The notes below the pieces were generated by a model that searched no databases, was not told where the DNA came from, and was given only the letters and a program-made list of their open reading frames with translations. Positions 26,609-37,648 of a DNA stretch of 64,000 bases are shown here, in pieces. Position 1 is the first letter of the stretch. Each line of letters begins with the position of its first letter. Position numbers and translations under genes: made by a program. The DNA lies in the NCBI RefSeq assembly GCF_006345805.1, contig NC_043017.1, positions 32,426,001 through 32,490,000 of the forward strand, written 5' to 3'. The stretch is from Octopus sinensis (lineage: Eukaryota).

Positions 26609-26832
26609 GATGTCTTCTTCAAGATCAAAGAGTTAAGAAATGACAATATAATTAAGTTAGCATCCATTTGAATTTTCTACTTCCTTCCATTACATTTCAT
26701 TAAAAGAATTATCTCCGTAGCAAATAACATTTCTCAAATGTGTAAATGTAATTTAGTTGCTAAATAATATTTACACATTTAATTCTGAATTTGTGTAATT
26801 TTTCTGATGTTGTGACTAATTCTCTTTTGCAG

Positions 26833-26856
26833 TCTTTACTTATTTAAAAGAACTCG
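26833..26856 (+). CDS. Candidate 24-nt micro-exon of an unidentified host gene
   Basis: GACTAATTCTCTTTTGCAG acceptor, G|GTAATT donor, length divisible by 3; open in phase 1 (xFTYLKELx) and phase 2 (xLYLFKRTx). Confidence 0.35.
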
Positions 26857-27068
26857 GTAATTATTAGTTTCCAATTTTGACACAAGGCCGGCAATTTCGG
26901 GATGGAGATAATTCGATTACATTAACCCCCTACCCTTCACAGTGTCCAACGGGTACTTATTTTACCAACCCTGAAAAGATGAAAAGTAAAATCGATTTCA
27001 TCGTAATTTGAACTCAGGACCTAAAGATTCTAAATGATATTTACACAGTTCAATTCCCAATCTCTCTC

Positions 27069-27480
27069 TCTTTACTCTTTTACTTGTTTCAGTCATTTGA
27101 CTGCGGCCATGCTGGAGCACCACCTTTAATCGAGCAACTTGACCCCGGGGCTTATTCTTTTTGTAAGCCCAGTACTTATTCTATTGGTCTCTTTTTGCCG
27201 AACCGCTAAGTAACGGGGACATAAACACACCAGCATCGGCTGTCAAGCAATGCCAAGGGGACAAACACAGACACACAAACACACACACGCATATATATAT
27301 ATATACATATATACGACGGGCTTCTTTTCAGTTTCCGTCTACCAAATCCACTCACATGGCTTTGGTCGGCCCGAGGCTATAGTAGAAGACACTTGCCCAA
27401 GGTGCCACACAGTGGGACTGAACCCGGAACCATGTGGTTGGTAAACAAGCTACTTACCACACACAGCCACTCCTGCGCCT
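27069..27480 (-). mobile_element. SINE family A
   Basis: Full-length reverse copy. Confidence 0.9.
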
Positions 27481-27530
27481 ATGTGTAATTTTTCTGATAT
27501 AAATCCTTAAAATCCCTAAAAATGTTTCAG

Positions 27531-27581
27531 CCCGTGTGGTGTGTTCAAAGATGCAAAGAAAAACACAAGTGAATTTGGTCG
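27531..27581 (+). CDS. Candidate 51-nt exon of an unidentified host gene
   Basis: TGTTTCAG acceptor, G|GTATGT donor, symmetric length; open in phase 1 (xRVVCSKMQRKTQVNLVx) and phase 2 (xPCGVFKDAKKNTSEFGR). Confidence 0.4.
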
Positions 27582-28559
27582 GTATGTTACTTCTAATTTC
27601 TCTGTGTATACTTTATTCATCTGATGGTACACATTTTCTCGGTAAATATAAGTAGAATAATATCAAGCACTCAAAGACAGAGTTGGAATTTATGAAATCA
27701 ATTATGCTGATTCAGCTTAGCCATGTAAAATCCAGTTTATCTTATATGTCCATATTGGGTTTCATAACTTGGTATGACAGTGAACTAGAGTGTACAATTA
27801 GTCACTTAGTATGTACAGGTGAAAAAGTCATATTGAATAACTTATTGCATGTTTGAACACATGTGACTATGTAATTTATAATTTGCACTTCGTTGCTTTT
27901 CTGTTGATATACATCTCTGTGTGTGTGTGTTTGTGCATTTTAGTATTAATAATTTATGTAAAGAGACAACTACAGTAATGGCAAATTGTATTTTTCTTTC
28001 CTTTTTATTATATGAACAGTGATAACATGTATTGTGTCCTCAGCAAAGGAATTAATTAGCAGAAATATATAACAGATTTATAGTCCTGAGAGAGAGAGAG
28101 AGAGAGAGGGGGGGGGAGAGAGAGACAGAGAGAGAGAGAGAGACAGACAGACAAACAGACAGACAGAGAGACAGACAGAGACAGAGAAGTTAAAGAGAAA
28201 ATGCCATTTTGCAATGTTTGAAAATAAATTTTATTGTGTAGCTGAAATCTTCAATGATAATAGAAATTGTAAAACCACATTTTGATAAAAACTATATTGA
28301 AATTAAAGTTTTTAAGAATTTTCTTGATAGTTTAGACTTCAATAAATGCTTTCTTTAATAAAATTTACATACACTGAACTAATTAATAAGTAGCGTTCTT
28401 TATTATAGTATAGATAATGTGAAGAGATTAGAATTTATGTTGACTCATGACATTAAGTTTGTTAGCTGCCATTTAGCAATATTAAAAATTTTAGCTGAAT
28501 TTAGTTGTAATGTCAGTATAAGCTTACTATTAGACAAATATGTCAAAGCTACTCTATAA

Positions 28560-29700
28560 AGAGGCGAATTAATTAAAATTGAAAACATTAAATTTGATTT
28601 AGACATTGAAATGAGACAATTAGAAGATAATGATTTATACTGGTACTTAGGAGTAGATGAAATTGACAGGACACACTGAAAGGAAAAGGAAAATTGCAAC
28701 AGACGTATTGGAACAAAATTAAAAACTAAATTCAGTGCCAGAAATAAGATTATTAATACCACACACACACACACACACGCACACACATATATATATTTAT
28801 ATTCACATACACTAGCATTTATAAATACATGTATGTACACACTCATACACGTATCTGTATGCGTCTATATGTTGTGTATAATACGTAGATATACACTAGT
28901 CCACCTAGTCGTAAACTACAACTTCAGTGTTATTTATATATTAGAATTTAAGTGAACCGCAGAGTCTAGACAAGAAAATTAACCACTGCATTGCAAACTC
29001 ATCATCTTGGAGATGATATTGATAGGATATATCTATCTTGTGCATATGGAAAGAAGGTTTCATGCAAATAGAAAACTTTCACAAAGTAATGAGAATTGGT
29101 CTAGAAAAATATTTGGAACCAAGCAATGATGGAATGATTAGTAAAAGAAAGGAAAAAAAAAACAAAAAAATGTCAATATCAACAAAAAGGAAAACACTCA
29201 AAAAATAAACAATTTGCATCTCTGTATCAGAAATCAAGGAAAAACTAAACAGAAACTAATTAGAATTTGGGAAAAGTTTAGATAAGAACAAAACAATAGA
29301 AACGATTTTTAAAACAAAATTTTTAAAAAAAAATAAATAAATACATGAGATAAAATCTAATCAAAACTAAAAACAACAACTAAACGAATATTGGAAACTA
29401 AAATCTGAAGAGGAAGAAAGTAAGCCAAGATGGAAACGAGGAATGATTAAAAGATATTGGAGTAAAAGCAAAAAAAAGAAGGTCTGGTTTTAGTTGCACA
29501 AGATCAATGAACAGCCACAAAAGTCTATGAAATTAAAATAATAAAATAAAAGAGACTAATGTCACCTGCAAACCATGCAATCAGCATCAGAAACCACTGG
29601 ACATTTCTTTTTTATATTCCCAGGCCTCACAAATACTCACAAATATTCACAGACATGACCAAGTTGGTAGCTACGTCCGTTGGGAAATAGGCAAACATTT
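28560..29700 (+). pseudogene. Old R4/Dong-clade non-LTR retrotransposon relic (RT thumb to zinc knuckle)
   Basis: Fragments YWYLGVDE, RRIGTKLKTKFSARNKIINT, HHLGDDIDRIYL, EGLVLVAQDQ, CKPC and HDQVGSY parallel the better-preserved copy at 62424; many stops and frameshifts; CA tract inserted at ~28757-28890. Confidence 0.75.
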
Positions 29701-30188
29701 TCCGCATGAATTTTGACAATAAGTGCCAAAGTCATTACGTGGTTGTGTCATGGTTATGGATACTCTGGGAGATTCATGACCAAATAATCAATTCGTGCGG
29801 TGTGTTCAAAGATGCAAAGAAAAACACAAGTGAATTTGATAGATGGAAACTGCATGGAAGCCTATCACATAAAACATCATCATTGTCATCATCGTTTTAA
29901 TAAATATATATTAGCAACAGAGGTAATATTAATACTAAGAAGTAATACTTATTCCCAACACTCATATATATATATAAGCAATAATAAATCTCAGAGCGAG
30001 TTATAAACAGTAGCTGCAACACATCGTGACGTACATTTGCCATTTAAATATGGCTAACCCCTAAGGTGGATGCTACTGTAGTTTGTAGCCCCAAGAGGAC
30101 ACCTTCTCCAGCTGGCCATGGACACACTCTCTGTGACCTATCAGTGTTTGCAAAGGGAAGCCATCCTTCCCGTCTTCAACTTATGATA

Positions 30189-30233
30189 CACACGGACTCG
30201 AGTTTCTGAGTATTGACCCGTCATCGGCGTGTG
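30189..30233 (-). ncRNA. Minimal type I hammerhead ribozyme (U4C core, GUC triplet)
   Basis: CACACG-CCGATGA-CGGGT caat ACTCA-GAAA-CTCGAG-TC-CGTGTG: 6-bp stem I, perfectly palindromic stem III ACTCGAGT. Confidence 0.78.
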
Positions 30234-30323
30234 ACAATCACGGTTGTCGATGAGAAGCAGGTTCCCTTCACAAACACTTATACTTTATCCAGTATCGATA
30301 GACACTGATATCGAAATATATAT

Positions 30324-30655
30324 AACAAATGCAGCGTGGAAGGTGTTTATAGGCCACTTAAGAAACACACAAAACCGTTAGATTCACTTCAGCATTTAAA
30401 TTTAATTTGTCAAAATATTTTCGTCGCTTTGAGACCGCGACCTGTTCACTGACAAAGCTTCGTGCTGCTTTGTCAGGGAACAGGTTGCGGTCTCAAAGCG
30501 ACGAAAATATTTTGACAAATTAAATTTAAATGTTGAAGTGAATCTAACGGTGTTGCGTGTTTCTTAAATGGCCTATAAACACCTCCATGCTGCAATTGTT
30601 TTCGTTCCAGCACACGATCTCAGATCAGGTCACTTGCTACGCAAGTAAATCTCCG
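30324..30655. mobile_element. Fold-back element H4
   Basis: Arms 30324-30458 / 30467-30600, 8-nt loop, ~55-bp right extension; the extension and outer arm are homologous (reversed) to ~18075-18195. Confidence 0.88.
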
Positions 30656-30727
<72 letters not shown>

Positions 30728-30822
30728 GTATGTATAAGGGGGAAAAGGAACACACAAGTTGAGATATATATGAAAAAGCAATTCTCAATATAGAAAATGC
30801 TAAAATAATTTTATAAAGAACA

Positions 30823-30865
30823 TTTCAGTACCGGTTTCGGACATTTGAGATCTTTTCAACTGTAA
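30823..30865 (-). ncRNA. Hammerhead candidate with U3-A8 core (GUA triplet)
   Basis: CAG-TTGAAAA-[weak stem II]-GAAA-CCGG-TA-CTG; palindromic stem III ACCGGT. Confidence 0.5.
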
Positions 30866-31076
30866 CGATTAAATAATTAAATTTAGAAAAATTAAAAGAA
30901 AAGTTTTTTTAAAAGAATATTTGTATAGTGTTCAAATATAAGTGGCATTTTCCTTGTTTCTGCCTTTCTCTGTCTCTCTTGTTTACACTTGTGAGTTCGA
31001 ATCCAAATATACATATACATATATATAAATAAATGAAAAAATGGAGTCGAACGAAGATGTTAACAAAATTCCTTTA

Positions 31077-31158
31077 CTCTCGACACATGTTTCGAAGACA
31101 GCATGTTTTCATTCCAAAGGAATAAAGGGTGCATTATGCAATCTTCTCATCAGGAAAG
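31077..31158 (-). ncRNA. Type I hammerhead ribozyme, canonical core, in the 3' flank of the GIY-YIG ORF
   Basis: Stem I CTTTC/GAGAG; CTGATGA; stem II GAAGA/TCTTC with a long loop; GAAA; stem III ACATGTGT (one transition from the palindrome ACACGTGT); GUC triplet. Confidence 0.8.
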
Positions 31159-31436
31159 AAAGGGAGCCTCTCTCGACAACAAGACAAACAAAAATTTCGA
31201 TGATTGCCTACATGGTAAACAAAGCGATAATGAGTGTTTTTTTTAAAAACCGTTAGAAGAATTGACGTCAAAAATAGATAGTAGGAAGAGAAGGGATAAA
31301 GTAATAATAGGTAGGGAACAAGTGGAGAGGGAAGGGTACGTTGATTGAAAGAATGTTCGAAGGCTTAGGAAAGAATTTCTCTATAGTAGTGGGGTGGACG
31401 TAAAGCTAATTGTTCAAACCACAGTGACTATCGTTA

Positions 31437-32576
31437 TCATTTATATGAGTAGAAAGTGTGTTTCTGCCAGTGTTTACATTTGTATGATTTTTCTATGAGT
31501 GTGTTTACTAGGGGAACCTTAGAGAAAAGAATATGGAAGAGTTCAGAGTTACAAATGTTACAAGATCTCCTGCCATTATCAAAAGGAAAGGATACAGACA
31601 GTATGAACCAATCTAACTTGAAAATTATATTGTTGTCTTTAAGACGCCAAACTAATTTACTTAGCCCTGTACTATGTCGTTTTTTACTATCCCTGAATGT
31701 TGAATAGTGGTTTGAAATTCTCTTGGATAACTGGGAAGTGGACGCTCCTATATAGAAGAAGACATCGTTACCGGAAGAAATTCTACACTGGTAAATAGAA
31801 TTTTTAATCTTAGAATTACTAGACAAAAATTTAATTCTGTTGGGGTTGTCCTCCGAGATCGAAACGAAGTTTTTATTGTTATGATTGTTGTTACTATTAT
31901 TATTAGCGCTAACAACTACACTATTTCTATTATTATTAGTATTATTAATGGTATTACAACCAGTAATACCACCGACAATAATACCGTTATTGTTGTTACC
32001 ATCAACACTACCATTGTTATTAACACGACTAATACTATTATTAATATTATCCTTGTTAACATTTTCGCTGCTACTAATGCTGTTACTATTAATACTATTC
32101 CTATTATTATGATTGTATGATGGGTTGGAATTAGCAAGATAAGTGTTGGAATTCCCGGGTGGAGAATCTTTGTTTAGCAGCTTGGTATTGTGGGAAGATA
32201 TAATTTGTGAAAGATTCCTAGTGTTAGAGAAAGCGATTCTGACCTTGTGGGAATTGATAATAGAATGATATCTAGAATTTCTGGGAAAGTTCCTAGCAAC
32301 GGCTTCACGGAACTGTAAGGGAAGGTTCGATTTAATTTGTTTTCCGAAAGGTATTACGAACCAGATACAGTTTTTTGTGGCCTTTGAATTGTTCTTAGTG
32401 TTATTTGTGATAGTAAGGGGAAAATTTCTGGGTTTCCAACTGCAACAGATGATGAGATTATTTGCAGAAGAAGGCCTATACAATTTCTGAAAACACGAGA
32501 AAGTGATGGTGGAGGAGGAGGAGGAGGAGTGGTGATGATGATCATGATCCTGATCATGACGGTATACTCTACGCAA
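31437..32576 (-). CDS. Penelope-type GIY-YIG endonuclease ORF (379 aa) with an Asn-rich insert and no RT domain
   Basis: Uninterrupted frame. PLE thumb/linker-like block (CIWFVIPF...IISSHN), ~115-aa Asn-rich segment, then SIYQC...FYIG...KRISNH...LSKLVW...CNICNSE...LVN...CKH. Confidence 0.85.
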   Translation of the reverse strand: MRRVYRHDQDHDHHHHSSSSSSTITFSCFQKLYRPSSANNLIICCSWKPRNFPLTITNNTKNNSKATKNCIWFVIPFGKQIKSNLPLQFREAVARNFPRNSRYHSIINSHKVRIAFSNTRNLSQIISSHNTKLLNKDSPPGNSNTYLANSNPSYNHNNRNSINSNSISSSENVNKDNINNSISRVNNNGSVDGNNNNGIIVGGITGCNTINNTNNNRNSVVVSANNNSNNNHNNKNFVSISEDNPNRIKFLSSNSKIKNSIYQCRISSGNDVFFYIGASTSQLSKRISNHYSTFRDSKKRHSTGLSKLVWRLKDNNIIFKLDWFILSVSFPFDNGRRSCNICNSELFHILFSKVPLVNTLIEKSYKCKHWQKHTFYSYK

Positions 32577-33244
32577 TTAGGTGCATGTGTTGCTGTGTGG
32601 TTAAGAAGTTTGCCTTGCAGTCACATGGTTTCTGGTTCGGCCCCAGTGTGTGGTATCTAGGCAAAGTGTTTTCGGCTGAAGTCCTAGGCCAAAAAATACT
32701 TCCCGCTCCTCTTTCAGCTCCTTCTTCCCCCTCCTTGTCTTTCTCTCTCTCTCTTCTCTTCTCTTCTCTTGTTCTCTGCATGTCAAACAGTCAGCTGTGT
32801 TCAGGCTTAACCAAGTTTAAACCACACAAGGCATGTCATTCATGAAGCTAGCCCTGTGACCCCACTAGGAGTTCAAGGCTCAAGTGAGGAATGAAGGACA
32901 CACACACATGCGTGCATATACAAAGGGCTTCTTTCTGTTTCATCTACCAAATTGCCTTACAAGGCATCAGTTGGCCTCAAGTGTTGTTCACTGGGACTGA
33001 AGTAGGGAACCACTTGGTTGGAAAGGGAACTTCTTAACCACAGAGTCAACAGATTTCAAAGCTTTTATTCTGGTCACCGTCAGGAGGTGGGTGGCACAGA
33101 GGAGCAAGAATGAAGATCTTTCCAAAAAGGCTCAGAGAGGAAGCAGAGCTTGTACTGATGTAATCTCTGGTTCTGAAACTAAAGTCTTGATAGGGGCAGT
33201 AGGAAGCAGAGAATGAATGATGTTAGAGCTTTGTCTATGGACAA

Positions 33245-33245
33245 C

Positions 33246-33277
<32 letters not shown>

Positions 33278-33535
33278 GCGATGGCGATGATGATGATGAT
33301 GATGATTATGATGATGATGATGATGATGATGATGACGACGATGATGACGATGATGATGATGATGATGACGACGACGACGATGACGATGGCGATGATGACG
33401 ATGGCGATGATGATGAAGATGATGACGATGATGACAATGATGATGATGATGATGATGACGACGATGATGATGATGATCGTGATGATGATGATGATCATGA
33501 CGATGATGACAATGATGATGATGACGACGACGCTG
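33245..33535. repeat. (GAT/GAC)n microsatellite
   Basis: Read directly. Confidence 0.95.
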
Positions 33536-33782
33536 ATATTTGGTGTAACCCATGCCAGCAGTAAAATCGACATTAAATGATGATAAGCATATGCACACTT
33601 ACATAGTCCAATCAAACCCAGCATGGAAAACAGATGTTAAATGTTGGTGATGATGATGATTATGATGTGTGTGTGTGTGATGGGGTTCTATAGAATTTTT
33701 GCCTGTCAACGTTTGCTCTTGGGGCCAAGGTTGACATGAAAAGACAGAAAAATATACTTTCTTAAGGCACTCTTTTTTTTTT

Positions 33783-34245
<463 letters not shown>

Positions 34246-35017
34246 ATAGACAGTTACATCTCAAACAAGGGAATACCAGGCAACTTGCTCAGGGACTTTA
34301 TTTGTCTAGGGGCCCAGTTCTGATCTATGTATAGTGAGGTGTGCTGTCAATATATAAATACTACAGGGACCAGTATATCGATTTACCTATGGTGCCTTGC
34401 CCGTACCGTGGGTTCAAACATTGAACCTGAGGTTGAGAAACAAACTTTTATCTATGCAGGCAAGTTATACTCATCATTATCTCATAGTTAGAAATATGAA
34501 TAAAAAAGCAAAAAAAAAAAAGAAAAATGCACTTACACACACACCACACACAATTAAAAAAACACTTCGCAAACATTAGGTAGAAAATATCTCTCGAGAC
34601 GATTAACATAATTTTTTGTTTATATTTTAAAATTATCAACACCAAATATTTTTTTTGAACTACAGAGTGTGTTATTAATAATAAAAAGAGAGAAATAAAT
34701 GTTACAAGCGTATAAAAATTGTTAGGCAATCAGGTAAAAAGCTAATGAAAATTCTTAATTGCTAGAACAAAATCCGAAGCCATTATACTAAGAGACAATC
34801 ACAAGAATAGAATAGAATATGTTATAAACAAAAATGAATTGTGTTTTTCCACTCGGTATTTTCCTTTACACAAACACATACACGCATATGTATGTCTGTA
34901 AGTAAACACACACACAAATATTTTTGAATGGGTATCATGAAGGCAAGGTGTCTTTCCTTACTAAAGATCAGCCATTTTATTTAGTGGCTGATCATTAGTA
35001 AGAAAGAAGAGAGCAAA

Positions 35018-35062
35018 GGACCACTGATGAAGTCACAGAGGTGTGACGAAAGAACTCTGGCC
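35018..35062 (+). ncRNA. Type I hammerhead candidate with an extra A after A9 (family H)
   Basis: GG(A)CCA-CTGATGA-A-GTCACA gagg TGTGAC-GAAA-GAAC-TC-TGGCC; CUC triplet. Confidence 0.65.
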
Positions 35063-35245
35063 GAAATACGATTAATGTGAAAAATTAAATAAAGCTGTAG
35101 CAAATTAACACCAAATATATAGTGAGTGTGTTTTTATTGGCTAAACTAGCAACATGACCATCCCCAAATACGACAATATCTGTTTCAACATTCGATTTCC
35201 CTCACATCAGGAATCTTGCAGAATGAATATATAAATATAGGTATG

Positions 35246-35276
<31 letters not shown>

Positions 35277-35277
<1 letters not shown>

Positions 35278-35985
35278 GGCGCAGGAGTGGCTGTGTGGTA
35301 AGTAGCTTGTTTACCAACCACATGGTTCCGGCTTCAGTCCCACTGCGTGGCACCTTGGGCAAGTGTCTTCTACTATAGCCTCGGGCTGACCAAAGCCTTG
35401 TGAGTGGATTTGGTAGACGGAAACTGAAAGAAGCCCGTCGTATATATGTATATATATGCGTGTGTGTGTTTGTGTGTCTGTGTTTGTCCCCCTAGCATTG
35501 CTTGACAACCGATGCTGGCGTGTTTATGTCCCCGTTACTTAGCGGTTCGGCAAAAGAGACCGATAGAATAAGTACTGGGCTTACAAAAGAATAAGTCCCG
35601 GTGTCGAGTTGCTCGATTAAAGGTGGTGCTCCAGCATGGCCGCAGTCAAATGACTGAAACAAGTAAAAGAGTAAAAGAGTAATATATCTGAGACACCATT
35701 CGGTCACGACACAGTCGGGGCAAGGTTGTTTCATGGAAGACCAGCAGTCGCCCATGCATACCGGCCTCCCCTCTCCACGTCACCGATGTTGTCCAAGGGA
35801 AAGGCAAGGGCCGATACAGCTTGGCACCTGTGACATCGCAACTCATTTCTACAGGTGAGTGAACTGGAGCAACTTGAAATAAAGTATCTTGCTCAAGAAC
35901 ACAACACGCAGCCCGGTCCGGGATTCGAGCTCACAACCTCACGATCGTAAGCTCGACGCTCTAACCACTGAGCTACGCGCCTTCA
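35277..35985. mobile_element. SINE family A (+, 35277-35680) abutting SINE family B (-, 35695-35985)
   Basis: Direct match to the other copies. Confidence 0.9.
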
Positions 35986-36058
35986 CCATGAAAGATCGTT
36001 AGTCACTACACACATTTTTTTCTCTCCTTGTTTCTCTCCTTGTTTTTTTTCTGTGTCC

Positions 36059-36094
36059 CTTTCTGTAGAAGAGCGAAGGCTCGAAACGCAAAAG
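36059..36094 (+). ncRNA. Very minimal hammerhead-like fold with CUGUAGAA core (family I)
   Basis: CTTT-CTGTAGAA-GAGC gaag GCTC-GAAAC-GCA-AAAG; paralog at 43969-44005. Confidence 0.45.
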
Positions 36095-36205
36095 ACTTTT
36101 CCTATTCCTGTCCGTTGAACTAATACATCTGTTTGTTTTGTACACCACCTGTCTTTGTCTATTGTTTTTTCGTAAACTCTCCCTATATATATATATGAAT
36201 ATATA

Positions 36206-36355
<150 letters not shown>

Positions 36356-36369
36356 TATATATTTATCTA

Positions 36370-37262
36370 GATCTCCGCTCAACGGAAACATTACGATTTA
36401 AGAAATTTGAAAAGCTGAACGCGAAACCGGTCATTTCTTCTAAATTATGTCATTGTATGAAAAAAATTTATGACATTCTTCAGACATATTAACTCAAATA
36501 TATATTTTTTAACCTTTTAAAACAAGCCTTCTGTAGTTTTTTCACTTTTTACTATTAATGATGCGAAACTCTCTGCCTTTGCTTTAACTTCCCCTCTCTC
36601 TCTCTCTCTCTTGCTCTCTCTACCTCACCCTTCTCTCTAGCCTGTGTCTTCCTCTATCTGTCTCTCTCTCTCTCCTACTCCTCCTCACTTTCGTCACTGC
36701 TAAACCTTTTCGCCTGTTGCATTCAGGCCATAAGGTCATGTTTCCTCGCGCTCGCCAGTTACCTTCTCGTCCCAGCCAGAACAAAGGCCTCCGTTCGTCT
36801 TTTTCGTTTGTTCTCTTGTTTATTTTTGTTTTCTCGTATTGTAATTTAATTCTCGTTATGTATTTTCGTGTACATGTATCTTTAATTTTGTATTATCTTT
36901 TTCTTGTATGTATTTTTTGTGCAGTTCTTTGTTACGTCCCTTTTTGTGTTACATTTTTTCTTGCTCGTTTACCCCTCTACGAGTTTATTTTATTTTAATT
37001 CTCTCGTAGGAAGGCTTAGCTTGACCTTACGTGTTCTGTCTCTGCCTTTGAAACACGTGTCTGCTAGCGACAGCTGATGAAGGGGATTTTTCCTTGTGTA
37101 GCATGTCCTGTACTTCGTTTTTCATCTGCACATAATTGTTTTTCCCGTTTTCGTTTTCGTTTCGTCTTGTTCTACGTCTCTGTCCTTCTGTTGTAACAAA
37201 ATGTCTTCTCCGTTTTCGTTCTGTTGATTTTTTCGTCTTCTTGTGATGTCCTGTACGTATAT
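36370..37262. mobile_element. Family F-related non-coding element between TA tracts
   Basis: Right end resembles 51935-52010 and reversed 2302-2450; pyrimidine-rich body. Confidence 0.55.
36400..36439 (+). ncRNA. Minimal type I hammerhead with U3-A8 core (GUC triplet)
   Basis: AAGAAAT-TTGAAAA-GC tgaac GC-GAAA-CCGG-TC-ATTTCTT: 7-bp stem I, palindromic stem III ACCGGT. Confidence 0.72.
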
Positions 37263-37345
37263 ATATTTATATATGCATGTATATATACATGTAGATGTCG
37301 GTGCGTACATATTTGTTTGTATGTATGCATATATTTTATTTATTA

Positions 37346-37382
<37 letters not shown>

Positions 37383-37385
<3 letters not shown>

Positions 37386-37598
37386 TTTATTTAAAGCAGC
37401 AGAAAATTCTGTTCGTCGGACAGTTTTTGCTAGAATAGAACCGATATTCTAGCAAAAACTGTCCGACGAACGGGAACGGGAAACTCAGAGTAACAGGTTT
37501 TGTTGAATTTTCTGCTGCTTTAAATAAAGCATATTACTCTACCACTGGTATTTGAGTACTCTTTTTTCCACCTTGTTTCACATTTATGTGTTTACTCC

Positions 37599-37600
<2 letters not shown>
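37383..37600. mobile_element. Fold-back element H5 (same family as H8)
   Basis: Short inverted arm 37385-37437 with an internal deletion, 7-nt loop, long arm 37445-37600; TA flanks. Confidence 0.88.
37459..37496 (+). ncRNA. Minimal hammerhead (H5/H8 family, CCGACGA core)
   Basis: CTGT-CCGACGA-ACG ggaa CGG-GAAA-CTCAGAG-TA-ACAG. Confidence 0.65.

Positions 37601-37648
<48 letters not shown>

Noticed and set aside
37005-37090. Hammerhead-like GAAACACGTGTC...CTGATGA (and family F analogues at ~2440-2490 and ~51890-51945)
   Set aside because: Stem III and a stem II-like pairing are present, but no stem I can be formed in either type I or type II topology; possibly a decayed or rearranged ribozyme.
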